Source: the human T2T-CHM13v2.0 reference genome, Homo sapiens. Taken from it: a DNA stretch of 64,000 bases. The translations under genes were made by a program, and so were the position numbers. Location: assembly GCF_009914755.1 (NCBI RefSeq), contig NC_060925.1; one strand, given 5' to 3'. The notes beneath the pieces were generated by a model. It had not been told where the DNA came from and searched no databases. It worked only from the letters and a program-made list of their open reading frames with translations. This document shows, piece by piece, positions 43,030 through 56,286 of this stretch (position 1 is the first letter of the stretch; each line of letters starts with the position of its first letter).

Positions 43030-46000
43030 TGGGATGGTTAATTTTATGTACCATTTTAATTTGACCCAGATACCTGGTTAAACATTATATCTGTGTCTGT
43101 GATGTTGTTTTTGGAAGAGATTAGCTTTTGAATTGGTGGGTGAGTAAAGGAGTTTGCCCTCCCCCATATGCGTAGTTGTTATCCAACCTTATGAGGCTCA
43201 AGTAGAACAAAAGGCAGAGGAAGGTTCAATTATCTCTTTGCTTAAAGCATGCAAGGCCATGATTCTCACCACATCACAATTCAACTTTTAGTGATTCCAA
43301 TTGCAGCTGCTGTACCAGACAGAGCTTTATAACTTGAGCAAATTAATACATCTACTTGTGTCTGATAGACAGCTATTGATTTAATAAATATTTTTTTCTT
43401 TGTTGCTTGGTTTTTGTTTGTTTTTCCCCATCAATAACTGTTAGTAAAGACTACCAGAAGTAGTTTACTTTCTTATGGCAAAGCCACCTTTACTATGCTG
43501 CCTCTGGGGTATATCAGCTCTCCATTCCTATGCCACAATTTAGTTTGTAGGTACCTTGAATAGCTTTCTCTTCCACAAGATATCACACTAATCCATTATA
43601 TTAATGACACTTTGCTGATTGGACCTAGTGAGTTAGAAGTAGCAACTACTCTTGATTTATTGGTAGGACATTTGCTTGTCAGGGGGTAAAAAGTAAAGCT
43701 GACTAATATTCAAGGTCTTTCTATTTCAGTAAAATTTCTAGGGGTCCCTTGGTGTGGGACCCATCAAGATATCCCTTCTAAGGTGAAGGATAAGTTATTA
43801 TATCTGGCTTCTCCTATAACCAAAAAAGAGGCACAATGCCTAGTGGACCTCTTTGGATTTTGGAGGCAACATATTCCTTGTTTTCTATGTTACTCCTGTG
43901 CATTTAGTGACTTACACTAAAAGGTGCTAAATTTGAATGGGGCTGAAAACAAGAGAAGACTCTCCAATAGGTAAATCTGCTATGAAAGCTGCTCTGCTAC
44001 TTGGACCACACAATCACACAGATCTAGTGGTTCTTAAAGTCTTAGTGGCAGACAGGGATAAAATTAGAAACTTTTGTCTGGTCAGTATATGTAAATCACA
44101 GCACAGGACCTTACACTTTTGGAGTAAAGGCCTGACATCCTCCAGATATAACTATTCTCCTTTTGAGAAACAGCATTAGGCCTGCTCTTGAGCTTTGATT
44201 CAGACTGAATGCATAGGCCACCAAGCTACCATGCAACCTGAGCTGCCCTTCATAAACTGGCTGTTATCTGACCTGCCAAATCATAAAGTTGGGAATGCAG
44301 AGCAGCACTCCATCATCAAATGGAAGTGATATATATATGACTGGGCCCAAACAGTCCCTGAAGGCATGAGTAAGTTAAATGAAAAAGTTGTCCAAATGCC
44401 TATTGTCCCCACTCCTGTTATGATATCTTGTCTCTCTCAGGCTACATATATAGTTTTATGTGAAGATTTTTATAATCATTAGACAGAGGAAGAGAAGACC
44501 CAGAACTGGCTTAAAAGCAGTTCTGAAAAATATGCCTGCCCCACACAAAAGTAGAAAATTGCAGCATTGTACCCCTTTTTCAGGACATCCCTGAAGGACA
44601 GTGGTGAAGCCAAATCCTCCTCCTAGTGAGAAGGACTTCAGGAATTGTGCCTGTTTTTGCACTTTGCTTAGAAGAAACAGCTAGTCATATGATTGTACAC
44701 CAATTCACAGGCTGTGGGCCATGGTTTAGTTACATGGTCAGAGACTTGGAAGAAAGATGATTGGAAAATTGGTGACAAGGAAACTTGGAAAAGAAATCTG
44801 CTTCTCTCAATAGGCAAAATATGTGAAGATATCTGTATTACTTATAAATGCTCACCAAAATGTGACCTCCATGGAAGAGGATTTTAATAAGCAGTGGATA
44901 GGATAACACATGCTGTGGATATCAGTAAGCCTCTTTCCCCAGCCTCTCGCGTCATTGTCCAGTGGACTCATGAATAAAGTGCCATGGTGGCAGGGATGCA
45001 GGTTATTCATGCGCTTAGCAACATAAATGTCCACTTACCAAAGCTGACCTGAATATGGCCACTGCTGATTACATAATCCAGCTGCAGTAGAGACCAAAAA
45101 ATATTGCCTTCCTGTTATAGCACCATACCAGGGTGTGAGCAGCCAGCTATCTGGTGGCTGGTAGATTATATTGGACCATGTTCATAATGAGAAGAGCAGC
45201 ACATTGTCCTTACTAGCATAGACACTTTGGCTATGGATTTGCCTTTCCTGAGTGCAACACTTCTGCCAAAACTATCATCTGTGGAATTACAGAATGCCTT
45301 ACCTATTGTCGTGGTATTCCACACAGCATGACTTCTGATGGAGGAACTCACTTTATAGCACATGAATTGCAGCAATGGGCCCATGCTCAAGAAATTCACT
45401 GGTCTTACCATGTTCTTCAACGTCCTGAAGCAGTTGACTTGATAAAATGGTAGAATAGCCTTTTGAATACTCAGTTACAGTACTAGCTAGATAGCAAAAA
45501 TCTGTAGGGCTGGAGTGAGGTTCTTCAAAAAGCTGTATGTGCTCTGAACCAGAATCCAAAATGTTTCTTCCATAGCTGATTCAAGGGCCCAGAAATCGAG
45601 TGGTCAAAGAAGGAGTGATAACGCTCGCTATTACCTCTGGTAACTCATTAACAACATGTTTTCTTTCTGATTCCATGATTTAATGGTCTGCTGGTCTAGA
45701 GGTTTTAGTTCTGGAGAGAGGAATATTTTCACCAGCAGGAACAGTAACAGTTCGATTGAACTGGAAGTTAAGACCGCCACATGACTTTGGGCTCCTCATG
45801 TCTCTGAATCAACAGGAAAGGCATTACTGTGCTGGCTGGGGTGATTGGTCCTGACTACCAAGGGGAAATTAGACTACTGTTTCACAATGGAGGTAAGAAA
45901 CAGTATATCTTAAATATTAGGGTGTTTTCTACTATTACCATGCCCTGTGATTAAGGCCAATGAAAAACGGCTACAATACAATTTAAACAGGACTACTAAT

Positions 46001-47230
46001 GGCTCAGATCCTTCAGGAATAAAGTTTTCAATCACCCTACCAGGTACAGAATTACAACTTGCTAAGGTGCTTGCTGAAGGCAAGGGGAATACAGAATGGT
46101 TAGAAGAAGTCATAAATATCACCTATGACCATGCATATGTATATGTTTGTGTGTCACTGTGTGTAAACTATCTTCATTCTTTTCTCTCCTATTTTATTAT
46201 CATGCAATGTAAGATGTATTGACTTTATGTCATAATACTTAAGCATTGTTAATTTTATATCATAGAATTTAAGTTATGGGATATGGCTATGGCCTAAATG
46301 TTTGTCTCTTCAGAATTTAAAGGTTGAAAGCTAATCTGCACCTTTATCATACCAAGAGGTGAGGCCTTTGAGATGTGACTAGGTCATAAGGACAGATCCC
46401 TCATGAATGGAATTAATGCCCATATAAAAGGGGCTTGGGAGAGCTTGTTTGACCCTTTTATCATGTGAAGACTGAGCAAGAAGTCACTGTCAGTGAAGAA
46501 AGGGTACTCACCAGACATTGAATACTTAGCTTATTAACTACCCAGTTTATGGTATTTTTGTTATATCACCTAAACAGACTAAAACAGATATCAAGGAGAA
46601 AAGTAAACATCACTGAAAAACTTTACCTTCTCTTCTGAGGAAGGGATTTGTGTGTATTTGTTTGTATACAGCATAGTTATATTAGTAATAATTTTGTCTT
46701 GTTATTATATTTATTTGGAGATTAAGTATGGTTTGTAGAGATGTGTATGGATTCCAAGTTGATAAGGGGTAGACTTGTGAGGGTTAATTTTTTGTGTTAA
46801 CTTGATTGGGCCACAGGATGCCCAGATATATACCTAGTTATTTCTGGGTGTGTCCATGATGTTGTTATCAGAATAAATTAACACTTGATAAACTGAGTAA
46901 AGTACATTGCCTTCTCCAGTGTGGGTAGACATCATCTAACTTGTTGAGGGATAGAATAGAAAAAAAACACAGAAGAAAACTTAATTATCCCCTTCTTCTT
47001 GACTGTGCTGAATCATCAGCCTTCTCTTGCCTTTGAACTGGGACTTACATTAAGAATCCTGATAATAAGGCTGTTGAACTTAGACTAGAATTTTTACCAC
47101 TGAATTACCTGGGTCTCTAGCTTACAGGCAGCAGAGTGTAGGCCTTCTTAGCCTCCATAATTGCGTGAGCTGATTCCTTAGAATTACTCATATATAGGAT
47201 ATATTTATTTTGTTTTTCTTGAGGACTCTC
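43030..47230 (+). mobile_element. ERVL/MLT2 provirus remnant: partial 5' LTR (43030-~43245), pol-dUTPase, 3' LTR from 46776; gag-pro deleted
   Basis: [19 protein letters not shown] (RT YIDD), VDYIGP (IN) and GVIGPDYQGEI (dUTPase). Polypurine tract aaggggtagac before the 3' LTR. Confidence 0.88.
46285..46586 (+). mobile_element. MLT1A-like MaLR LTR nested in the ERVL
   Basis: gctatggcctaaatgtttgt...aacagactaaaaca termini. Perfect TSD GATAT. Confidence 0.85.
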
Positions 47231-48589
47231 TTTGTTGGTTTATCTAATTCTGTAAAGAAAATAGGAAACTTTAGTTTGCCTGTCTCCTGAAGTATAATCT
47301 GCTCTCAAATTCCAAACATTTGTTTTATATTTCTTTACCTTGGACTATGCTGCATTATAATGATTTCTTCCCCTGCTCTTTTCCATTTCTTCCATTCCTT
47401 CTCTGTATACAACCAATGACTACACCAAAATTAATTAGTATCTGAATTTTGAGGGGATGTGGTGCAAGTGGGGAGGCTGGCAAGAAAAATATGCTTTAGT
47501 TTAATCTTTTTATACCCTCTTAAATGTGTATGAAATACAACAAAACAATTTGGAACCACCATTGAATCAAATAACTATTTTATATTACAGAAAAAATAAG
47601 CAACATTTAACTATTACTTTATTACTCTAAAAGTATAAAATATAAAGTTTTGTTTACACTGTTTTAGTGTTTTACAATTTGTCTCACATGGCGTTAAAAA
47701 TATACTTTGGAAAATGATCTATTTCAGAAAAATGTAAGTCTAGATGCAAATTTGTAGCAGATGAGATCACTGTGATAAGAACTACATGGCTTATCAATGT
47801 CCTTTCATTCAAAAGTTATTTGCATTTCATTACTTTGTAACTCATTAGCATCTCCAAATCATATAATAATTCCAGAAGATATAAACTAGAAGTTGACTTG
47901 TGATTAATTTTTGAAACATAGAATATTCATGAGTTATTTTGTTACTATTCTTATGTATTTAAAACTGTCTTAATAACTGCTTTGGGAAAAATAATTGATT
48001 CAGTCATTCAATCTGAACATGCATTTGATGGTTATTAAACTCAGACACATGTCTACAGAATTCAAATAAACAATCTCCATTAAAATTAAAATATGACATC
48101 AACCTCTTATTCATAACATAATTGTACTATGTTTTGACAAGTGTATCATCATAATTTGAGCATCCAGTTTGAATGTGCAACTGTTTTTTTCAATAGCTAG
48201 GAACATGTTTGTCCCTTTATCAGATAATGTGCTTATTACAAATTTTCTATGTGCTTACAATGCTCTCATAAATTCAAAAAAATTCCAAACAACTTGAAAA
48301 TGTGGTTCCAGTACTGAATATACAATTTTTTTTAATGATTGGGGTACTCCTCATGGGTGAGGCTATTGCTAATATATTGATTACTGGCAGATAAAGTGAT
48401 ATGGGGCCTAGTAATGGGGCTGATAGATTGGGAAGAGAATGTTGGAAAGGAGGTTCTCACCTTGCAAGACACCATCCTGCTGTTATGAGGGAAATGTGGG
48501 GATGAGACGTGACTACAAGAATGTCCTTTTGGCTCATTAATTATAAAACTCCAATTTTCATTTGAAGAATTAACTTACAACGAGCTAGT

Positions 48590-49140
48590 TCACTCACTCA
48601 TTTATTCATTTATTCAACACATATTTTGGAGTACAAATAATGAATAAACACAGTGCTAGATAATGTAAATGCCATAGCGAAAAATGGATGAGCTAAAAAT
48701 GATTCATGCCTCATGGGCTTCATTCCAAAAAGAGAGACACAGGGAACACTTATACAACTAATTACATGATGATAAGAAAAATGAAAAAGTACAGAAAGCT
48801 GTGACAGCATTAGAAAAGAGCCCTGATGTGGTCTGTGAAAGAAAGGGAGGTTTCTTTGTGGTAGTATTATTCAATCTGACATTTAAACAATGAATAAGGG
48901 TGAGTTATGTGAGAAATGGAAGAAAAGTAGAGAGAGATACAGGTTGAGGAACATTTCCTACAAGGACCCCAAAACTAGATGAGATATCTGAAAAACTGAA
49001 AGGATAGTCTTTGTGGCTGGATTACTGAAAATTGAGGAAAGAATAGTTGAAGATTATGCTTTAAGAAACGGAGAAGCCAGATAGCACAGGTCCTTCTAGG
49101 CCACATTAAGCATTTTGGATTTTATCCTAAGAAAAATTAA
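48590..49140 (-). mobile_element. L2 3' region
   Basis: cattttattcatttattcaacacatatt antisense tail; aggccacattaagcattttggattttatcc. Confidence 0.7.
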
Positions 49141-49677
49141 AATGTTTTAATGAAGCCTAGCTGTATCATACTTATGAAATACATATGACCCATTAATTGT
49201 CTTTATTTCTTTCATTGTTAGCAATTGAGTTTTTGTCCAGAGCAGTGTTGATGGATGGCCAGAGCAGGGTGTATGACACTCACCAATTTAAGAATGGAAA
49301 TTCTGCAGGTTTATGGAAGGCAGTAAAATCCAGAACAATGGTCAACATTATGCAAATATGCTTCTGCTCTCTACATAATGGAAGGATTCTGATAAAATCC
49401 TCTTCCACCATGTAGATGACTGGTCTTCAGGATTATAGTACTGGAGAATGAGCACTGGTAGTAACATGGCAAGTCAGTGAGAGGAGGGCCTGGTGGTTGA
49501 GTCTCTGTACAATCTGCACCCCTGGAACTAGTATTTCTTTCTTTTATACTTACCTGAAGAAAAATGCTGATCTATTTTACAAAATAATCTTTTCATATTT
49601 TCTTATTACAAGCTTTCTCTGACTTAACACTTAGTTAAGTTAACCTAAGACTGTATACATGAGACACAAATATCCTT

Positions 49678-50113
49678 TTTTAATGTTTATTATACTTTAA
49701 GTTCTGGGATACATGTGCAGAACGTGCAGGTTTGCTACATAGGTGTACATGTGCCATGGTGGTTTGCTGCACCCATCAACCTGTCATCTACATTAGGTAT
49801 TTCTCCTAATGTCATCCCTCCCCTAGCTCCCCACCCCCCAACAGGCCCCAGTGTGTGATGTTCCCCTCCCCGTGTCTATGTATTCTCATTGTTCAACTCC
49901 CACCTATGAGTGAGAACATGCAGTGTTTGGTTTTCTGTTCTTGTTCTAGTTTGCTGAGAATGATGATTTCCAGCTTCATCCATGTCCTTTCAAAGGACAT
50001 GAACACATCCCTTTTTATGGCTGCATAGTATTCTATGGTGTATATGTGCCACATTTTCTTTACCCAGTCTATCATTGATGGGCATTTGGGTTAGTTCCAA
50101 GACTTTGCTATTG
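49678..50113 (-). mobile_element. L1PA (6-8-like) 3' end
   Basis: ORF 49893-50075 is the ORF2 C-terminus. TSD tgagacacaaatatcctt / tgagacacaaatattctt. Confidence 0.93.
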
Positions 50114-51100
50114 TGAGACACAAATATTCTTATCTGGTCACAAATTAGGAGGTCCATTAACATATGTCTTCTTCAACTTCTTATTAACGCTTCTATTTTT
50201 TTTTCAATGCCTGATTATCCTTTCAAAGCATTATTCATAGATATCTCACCCCAGGTGCTCTCTCCTTTGAGATAATGCTAAAAATTTAATTGTACCAGTT
50301 GGTGTTCTAACTCCTAATATTAGTTGTACTTTCTTCACTTTCATTTAGGATTATGCAAAAGTGGGATTTCAATACTGTTGTACACTTCTGGTCAGTGCAA
50401 AGATATTGTAGAGTGTTATCTGTAAATCAGGCTTGGATATTTTTCTCATCAGAACACTGATCACAGAGCTTATTAATGGTGCCATATATGAGTTTTGAGG
50501 TAAGACATAGTGGGGCAGTTGAAAACAAGCTGTGTTAATCAATTTCTCATGCAACTTGCTTGTGCTGGTTGGGACCTGCTTGAAACAATCTCACATATAC
50601 TACCTTTCTTCATCATAAAGTACTGCTGGGAATGTCTAAATTTATTGCTAAAGAGAATGTAATAAAACCTAAGACACTGTGTGTAACTCAGGTTGGACAA
50701 ACTTCTCATACCCAATGGTTAAGCATTTTAGTTTGCATCATCATCCAGAAATAGGAAAAAAAAATTTCTTGAAAAGGAATATAGTTAATTATTAAGAGAA
50801 CACAGCCTTTCTTCCATTTCTTTGGGGGGTACCTCCGTGCCTCTTGCGTTGGGCCTTGTTATGCAGTTAAACCAAATATGTCTCTACTGTAAATACTTAT
50901 GTAACACTAGACTTGTGGGTTTATGAGATAGTAAATCTGTATACACTGTAGAAACCAATAAGCTTTCTGGGCTACTTCAAAGTTATCCTTCCATAACTCA
51001 AAATGGGTTAAGAGGAGTGCCACATAGAAATGTTGCTTCCAAATTTGTGTCAAACCTAGGAAGCAATGACTGCTTGTTTTATTGTTCTGAAAAGTAACGT

Positions 51101-51405
51101 GGCCAGGTGGAGTGACTCACCCCTGTAGTAATCCCAGCATTTTGGGAGGCTGATGTGGGAGAATCGCTTGAGCCCAGGAGTTTCAGACCAGCCTAGGCAG
51201 CATGGCAGGACCCTGTCTCCACCAAAAATAAAATAAACAAAATTATCTGGGCTTAACGGTGCATGCCTGTGGTCCCACCTCCTTGGGAGGTTGAGGCAGG
51301 CGGATCACTTGAGTCCAGAAAGTCGAGGCTGCAGCGAGCCATGTTAGCACGACTTTACTTCATTCTGGGAGAAAGAGTGAGATCTTGTCTCAAAAATAAG
51401 TAAGT
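51101..51405 (+). mobile_element. AluJ
   Basis: cgcttgagcccaggagttt and gaggctgcagcgagcc J-type arms; diverged. Confidence 0.88.
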
Positions 51406-52164
51406 AAATACAATTTAAATTAAAAACATGCAGAACCCTGCTATTTACTGTGGAGCTGATGTCTCAAACTTTCTAAGATGACTAGATTCCTAGTTATTTC
51501 ATTGGCTTGGCAAATACCAGTTTTCACGAGAATGATCTCCTGTCCTCTGAAATGTAAATGAATTACCACAGCATCTAAGACACCTGCTATCCTCTCCTTT
51601 TCAGGTGCCATTGTGATAAGAATATTTGTGTAACTTGGGGATGACCTTTGAAAGAGTGAGATTGTCAAGGTCTTTCCTTGACTATAAGATGGTCAAGTTC
51701 CTTAAAAACTTAATGTTTGTTCAGAACCTAAAATTTAATGCTAAAGTAACATGTTGTAGGTAGAGCACTGCTGATTTTGCCAGATAAAACAGAACTGTTT
51801 CCAATTTTAATGACTTCTGGAAAATAATTTTGTTTATTATGAAATCAGAAACTGCACCAAGGGTTTTGCTTCATTATTCATCTTAAGATAATTGCCACAA
51901 AACTTTTACATCTTTATTAATTTTTAAGAGAATATATATAAAATAGCAGTGACAAAGTCAATTAAAGCAGTGATTTTGAAAAGTGATAATCAACTCATTT
52001 TTATCACCCATTTGTTTTGTCCCCCGGGAATAACTGATAACTAAAAGAGGATATGAGTATTCAATCAAACACCATTTTACAAAACTACTTAGGTCAGCTC
52101 CTTTTGTTTCCTACCTCTTGTATAATATCACCATCATATAGCCCCAGTAATGAAGGGTCGAGAA

Positions 52165-52750
52165 GGGCATATCACCTCTGTAGTAGTCTTCCCTAAAATG
52201 AATAAGGTGAATATAATAATGAGAAAGCGTCAAGCATGAATTGTGGGACATTCTACAAAGTTATTGATCAATGCCCTTCAGAAAACGTCAAAGTCATGAA
52301 AAACAAGGAAAGACTGAAGAACTGCCGCAGATTGGCTGAATCTAAGGAGAAATAATTGAATGTGGAATCTGAATTGTATCCTAGAACAACAACAAAAAAC
52401 GGACATTGATAGAAAAAATGGTAAAATTTAAATAACATCTATAGAGAGTATTGTATCTATATTAGCTTTAATTGTACTATGCTTACATAAGATGTTAATA
52501 TTAGGGGAAGCTGGATGAAGGATACAAAGGACCTCTTTTTACTACCCTTAATTGAAAATTTTATTGAAATAATTGTAGATTCACATGTGTTTGTAAAAAA
52601 TAATATAGATGCTACTTTTACATTTTTTTCCAGTTTCCTCCAATAGTAACGTTTTTGAAAGTTGGGTATAATATCCCAACCAAAATTTGTACTGATACAA
52701 TCTGCTTACCTTCTTTATTTTACTTTCACCCATTTGTGTGTTTGTGAATT
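52165..52750. mobile_element. L1MC/ME 3'-end fragments (plus strand ~52165-52550, minus strand ~52550-52750)
   Basis: gggacattctacaaa...gtcatgaaaaacaaggaaagactga; then ttgaaataattgtagattcaca. Confidence 0.65.
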
Positions 52751-53759
52751 CCGACTTCTAATTCTTCGGGTATTGTTCTAATTGTAAAAAATATTTATTC
52801 CTTAACTAGAAATCTAGAAAATTGTGTAAGAATAGTAGATTAATTTTAGGATAAATCTAGGCTTACATTGAGGAAAACTTCATGCAGTCCTCATTTATCA
52901 CTTAGTGCTTAAGCTACTACCGTGACTAAGGAAAGGAAAGCATGTTGTAGTTTTCAGATTAATGAAACTTAGGACCTCTGTCAACATATACTCAAAAGAT
53001 CTAAGTGTTTCATTCTCCAAATTGCATAGTTATTTCTCTCTTTGGAGAAGGCAAGAAAGAAGATTCTGAGAATGTATTTATCTTGTTGTAGGTCTTTCTG
53101 AGCCTGTAAAATAAAGAGTTTAGAATTAATTTGACAGTAATAATTCTATTACTTCAAATCAAACCCCCGCTTCTGCAGCCTAATTATATTTTATTTTAAA
53201 AATATCTAATAAGTGGATTCTTAGCCGGTTGCCAATCATGTGGTCTAGCTGCTATTGAAGACTCCTGAATATGAGAGATTTCTGATTACCACATTGGCCC
53301 TGCTGTTTATTGTACTCATTTGCCCTGGTCATTGAGTGCCACTACCTGCCCTGAGAACCTCACAGAATTCTGCAATGCCCATTAAAGTAAATGAGCCATT
53401 TTCAACTGAAGTGTATTTCAAGAGCATCAATATATTAAATAATTTATGGCATATATATTTATTATTGGCCACTATTGAGATTGGTTCCCAATGTACCAAG
53501 CAAACAATTAATAGTTTATTCTGATGATTGACTAGGAACCAAAAGAAGGAAAAAATATGCAAGTATAGATAACAAAGAAACGGAGAAGTTGGAGTGGATT
53601 TATAATTTGTAAATCGCCCATTTTGCATCTATAACACCTTTTAAGACCCCGAAGACATGTACTTCACAAACACATTGAAAAATGCATTGGTAAATAATGT
53701 GTTGGCATATTTGAAAATAATTTTAATAGCTTTGGAAAGGACTTATTTTATGTGGGTGA

Positions 53760-53930
53760 GAAGGGCAGTGTAGTGTAGTGATTAAAGGAGTAACTCTAAG
53801 CCCTAATGACCTATTTCATACTCACCACCTACTAGCTTTGCAAATGCATAAACACTCAATACTTCTACCCTTTCGCTTGAAAAATGAGTATGAGACTGAT
53901 AAGTATTTAACAGGGTTGCTATTAATGTCA
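53760..53930 (+). mobile_element. MIR
   Basis: gggcagtgtagtgtagtgattaa...cacctactagct...cagggttgct. Confidence 0.6.
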
Positions 53931-55049
53931 CAATTGCACCTTCTGCGATCTGAAACCCTTACTTGGCTTCTTAAAGCCTGGAATCAATGAGTGCCACTCT
54001 CACTGCTTAATGATATACAGTGCTTGACATTAATATTCCTACTTTTGAGATTTTATCATTAATACTAGATTTAAAATTTCTGAGTTTGTTTATTTGTATC
54101 TAATTAGTCATTCCTTGTCCCCATGTTCCTGTTCTAAAAGCCAGAGTAGCCTATTAAGTAAATTTCCCGTCTTTTCAGTTTCTGTAATGAGTTCTGCTTC
54201 CTATCAAGTTTTAAGTTACACATTTTAAATAAAGTTTAGATGATTGTAAGACAAGAAAATGGAACATCTCTCCTTTAAAAATGCAACCAACTGTACTAGC
54301 AGAGTAAATTTCTGATTATATTTTCTCTCCTTTGGTTCATCATTGTATAAAAAATAATTTGTTAGTCAACTTAAAATAAGTATTCCAACCCACATGGCAA
54401 TTAAAAAACATTGTGAAATAGGCTAATGTGACTCCACCTCAAACTGAAAAAATTCTGAGTTATGGAGAAATGTCAAAGTAAATGTCCTTATAATGAAATG
54501 ACTTTCAATTTCTTTCTTTGGTATATTTCTCAACTCAACAGTCACTATCTACTATAGAAACCTGTAGCTATCTATAATTGTTTGTAGGCAAAACAGAGAC
54601 AAGCCAAATGCAGAACTGTGTGTGCCAAGTAAGAACATAATAAATTCATATTAATAAAAGTGTTGCAAATTATTTATATTGAACTTACCTTATGAACTGT
54701 AAGATTTTGTTATTTTCTAGTTTCAGAATGATTAAAGTTTAATAGTACAGATTTTTTAAGTCAAACTTAAAAATTTAAATTAACTGTCCAGATGTATTTT
54801 CAGATGTGCATTCTTGTGCAGCAGATGTGTTCTTTGTTTTATATTCAAATTTGAAGTTATATAATCACAATGTAGATGGTCTGTAGAGAATTGTATATTT
54901 TAATTAAAAATAGTTTCATACAGAAAATAACTATTTCATAATTAAGTTGATTGGTAAATTGTAATTTCTGAAAAAGAGCCTCACCTGTTCTTTCTTTGAT
55001 ATTTCATCTCATATCACCATACAACAATTGCAAAATCACCTGTGATACA

Positions 55050-55730
55050 AATATAAATCCCCTACATGGAATAGAGAACTGTTACCTAACTGATATCCCT
55101 ATTTCCATTCTTGACTCAATACAATCCATCCTCCATACAGAACCAAATTAAGCTTTCAAAATATAAATCAGATCACATTTGTTTCTATTCGATTGTTTTT
55201 CCATTGAAATTAGAATCAAATTCCAGTGTCTTGCTCTGATTCACAAGACCCTCACAGACTTCCCCCTTGCTAGTTTCTCAAGTCTAACTGGTGTAACTCT
55301 TACCATTATTTAATACACTCCTTTCAAATTATTCTCTTTTCAGTTTTTACATTCATTAAATGTTATTAATACACTGTCTTTGCACATATCATTCCCTTTA
55401 CCTAGAAAAAAAACAACGTAACAATTATTTCTATTTTTGTATACCTAGCTCCTTTTCAAACCTCAAGTAGATATAAATATTGCCACTTCTTCCGTCACTC
55501 TATTTTTAAGTTATTGATACCAGTTTCTTTAAATTAATAACACTAAATTAATTTTCTTTAAGTGTTCATTTTCCTAAGATCGCTCTCTAGATTTGAAGTT
55601 TCATGTGATCAGGTACTATTCTCACCATGCTCACAAGTTTATAAGAAGTACCAAGTCAAATATCTGGTACATAACAGATATTATATCAATATTTGTTGAA
55701 TTATTGGGATAAATACATTAATGAATAATG
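55050..55730 (+). mobile_element. L2 3' region
   Basis: caatccatcctccatacag...aaatataaatcagatcac...tcaatatttgttgaat. Confidence 0.7.
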
Positions 55731-56209
55731 CTCCATGATTGAATCCTCTAATTTCTATAAATTTAGATAACATGTATGTATTAATATTAGTCTTACTTTA
55801 GTCATTTCAGTCTCCATAAGTACATCTAATGACTTCACAAACATGTTTTAAATAACAGACTAAATCAGTATTTTCAGTGGTTTCACAAATCTCCAAGAGA
55901 GGGAATTGTGTTCCTGGGAAATCAGGTTGTTCCTTTTTATCAATAGCAGCACATATATATTTAAAATTTGTATTAGTATTTATGTATAGGCATATATAAT
56001 GATACATATGAAGACAGTGAGACATGAAAGGAGAGAGAAAAATGTATTCAAACTTGGTTTACATATGAGTGGATATTGCGTTTACATTTGCAGATAGTGC
56101 TTGAAGTTATAACCTAAAGTGCAATTTTATTAGATGTATAGCATAAATTTACCAATGAAAAATTTTTAATTAAAACTTATATGGTAAAATGACATGGGTG
56201 TAGAGTTAC

Positions 56210-56243
56210 ATATATATGTATACACACACACACAGACATATAC

Positions 56244-56286
<43 letters not shown>
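56210..56286. repeat. (CA)/(TG)/(TA)13 compound microsatellite
   Basis: Read directly from the sequence. Confidence 0.95.
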
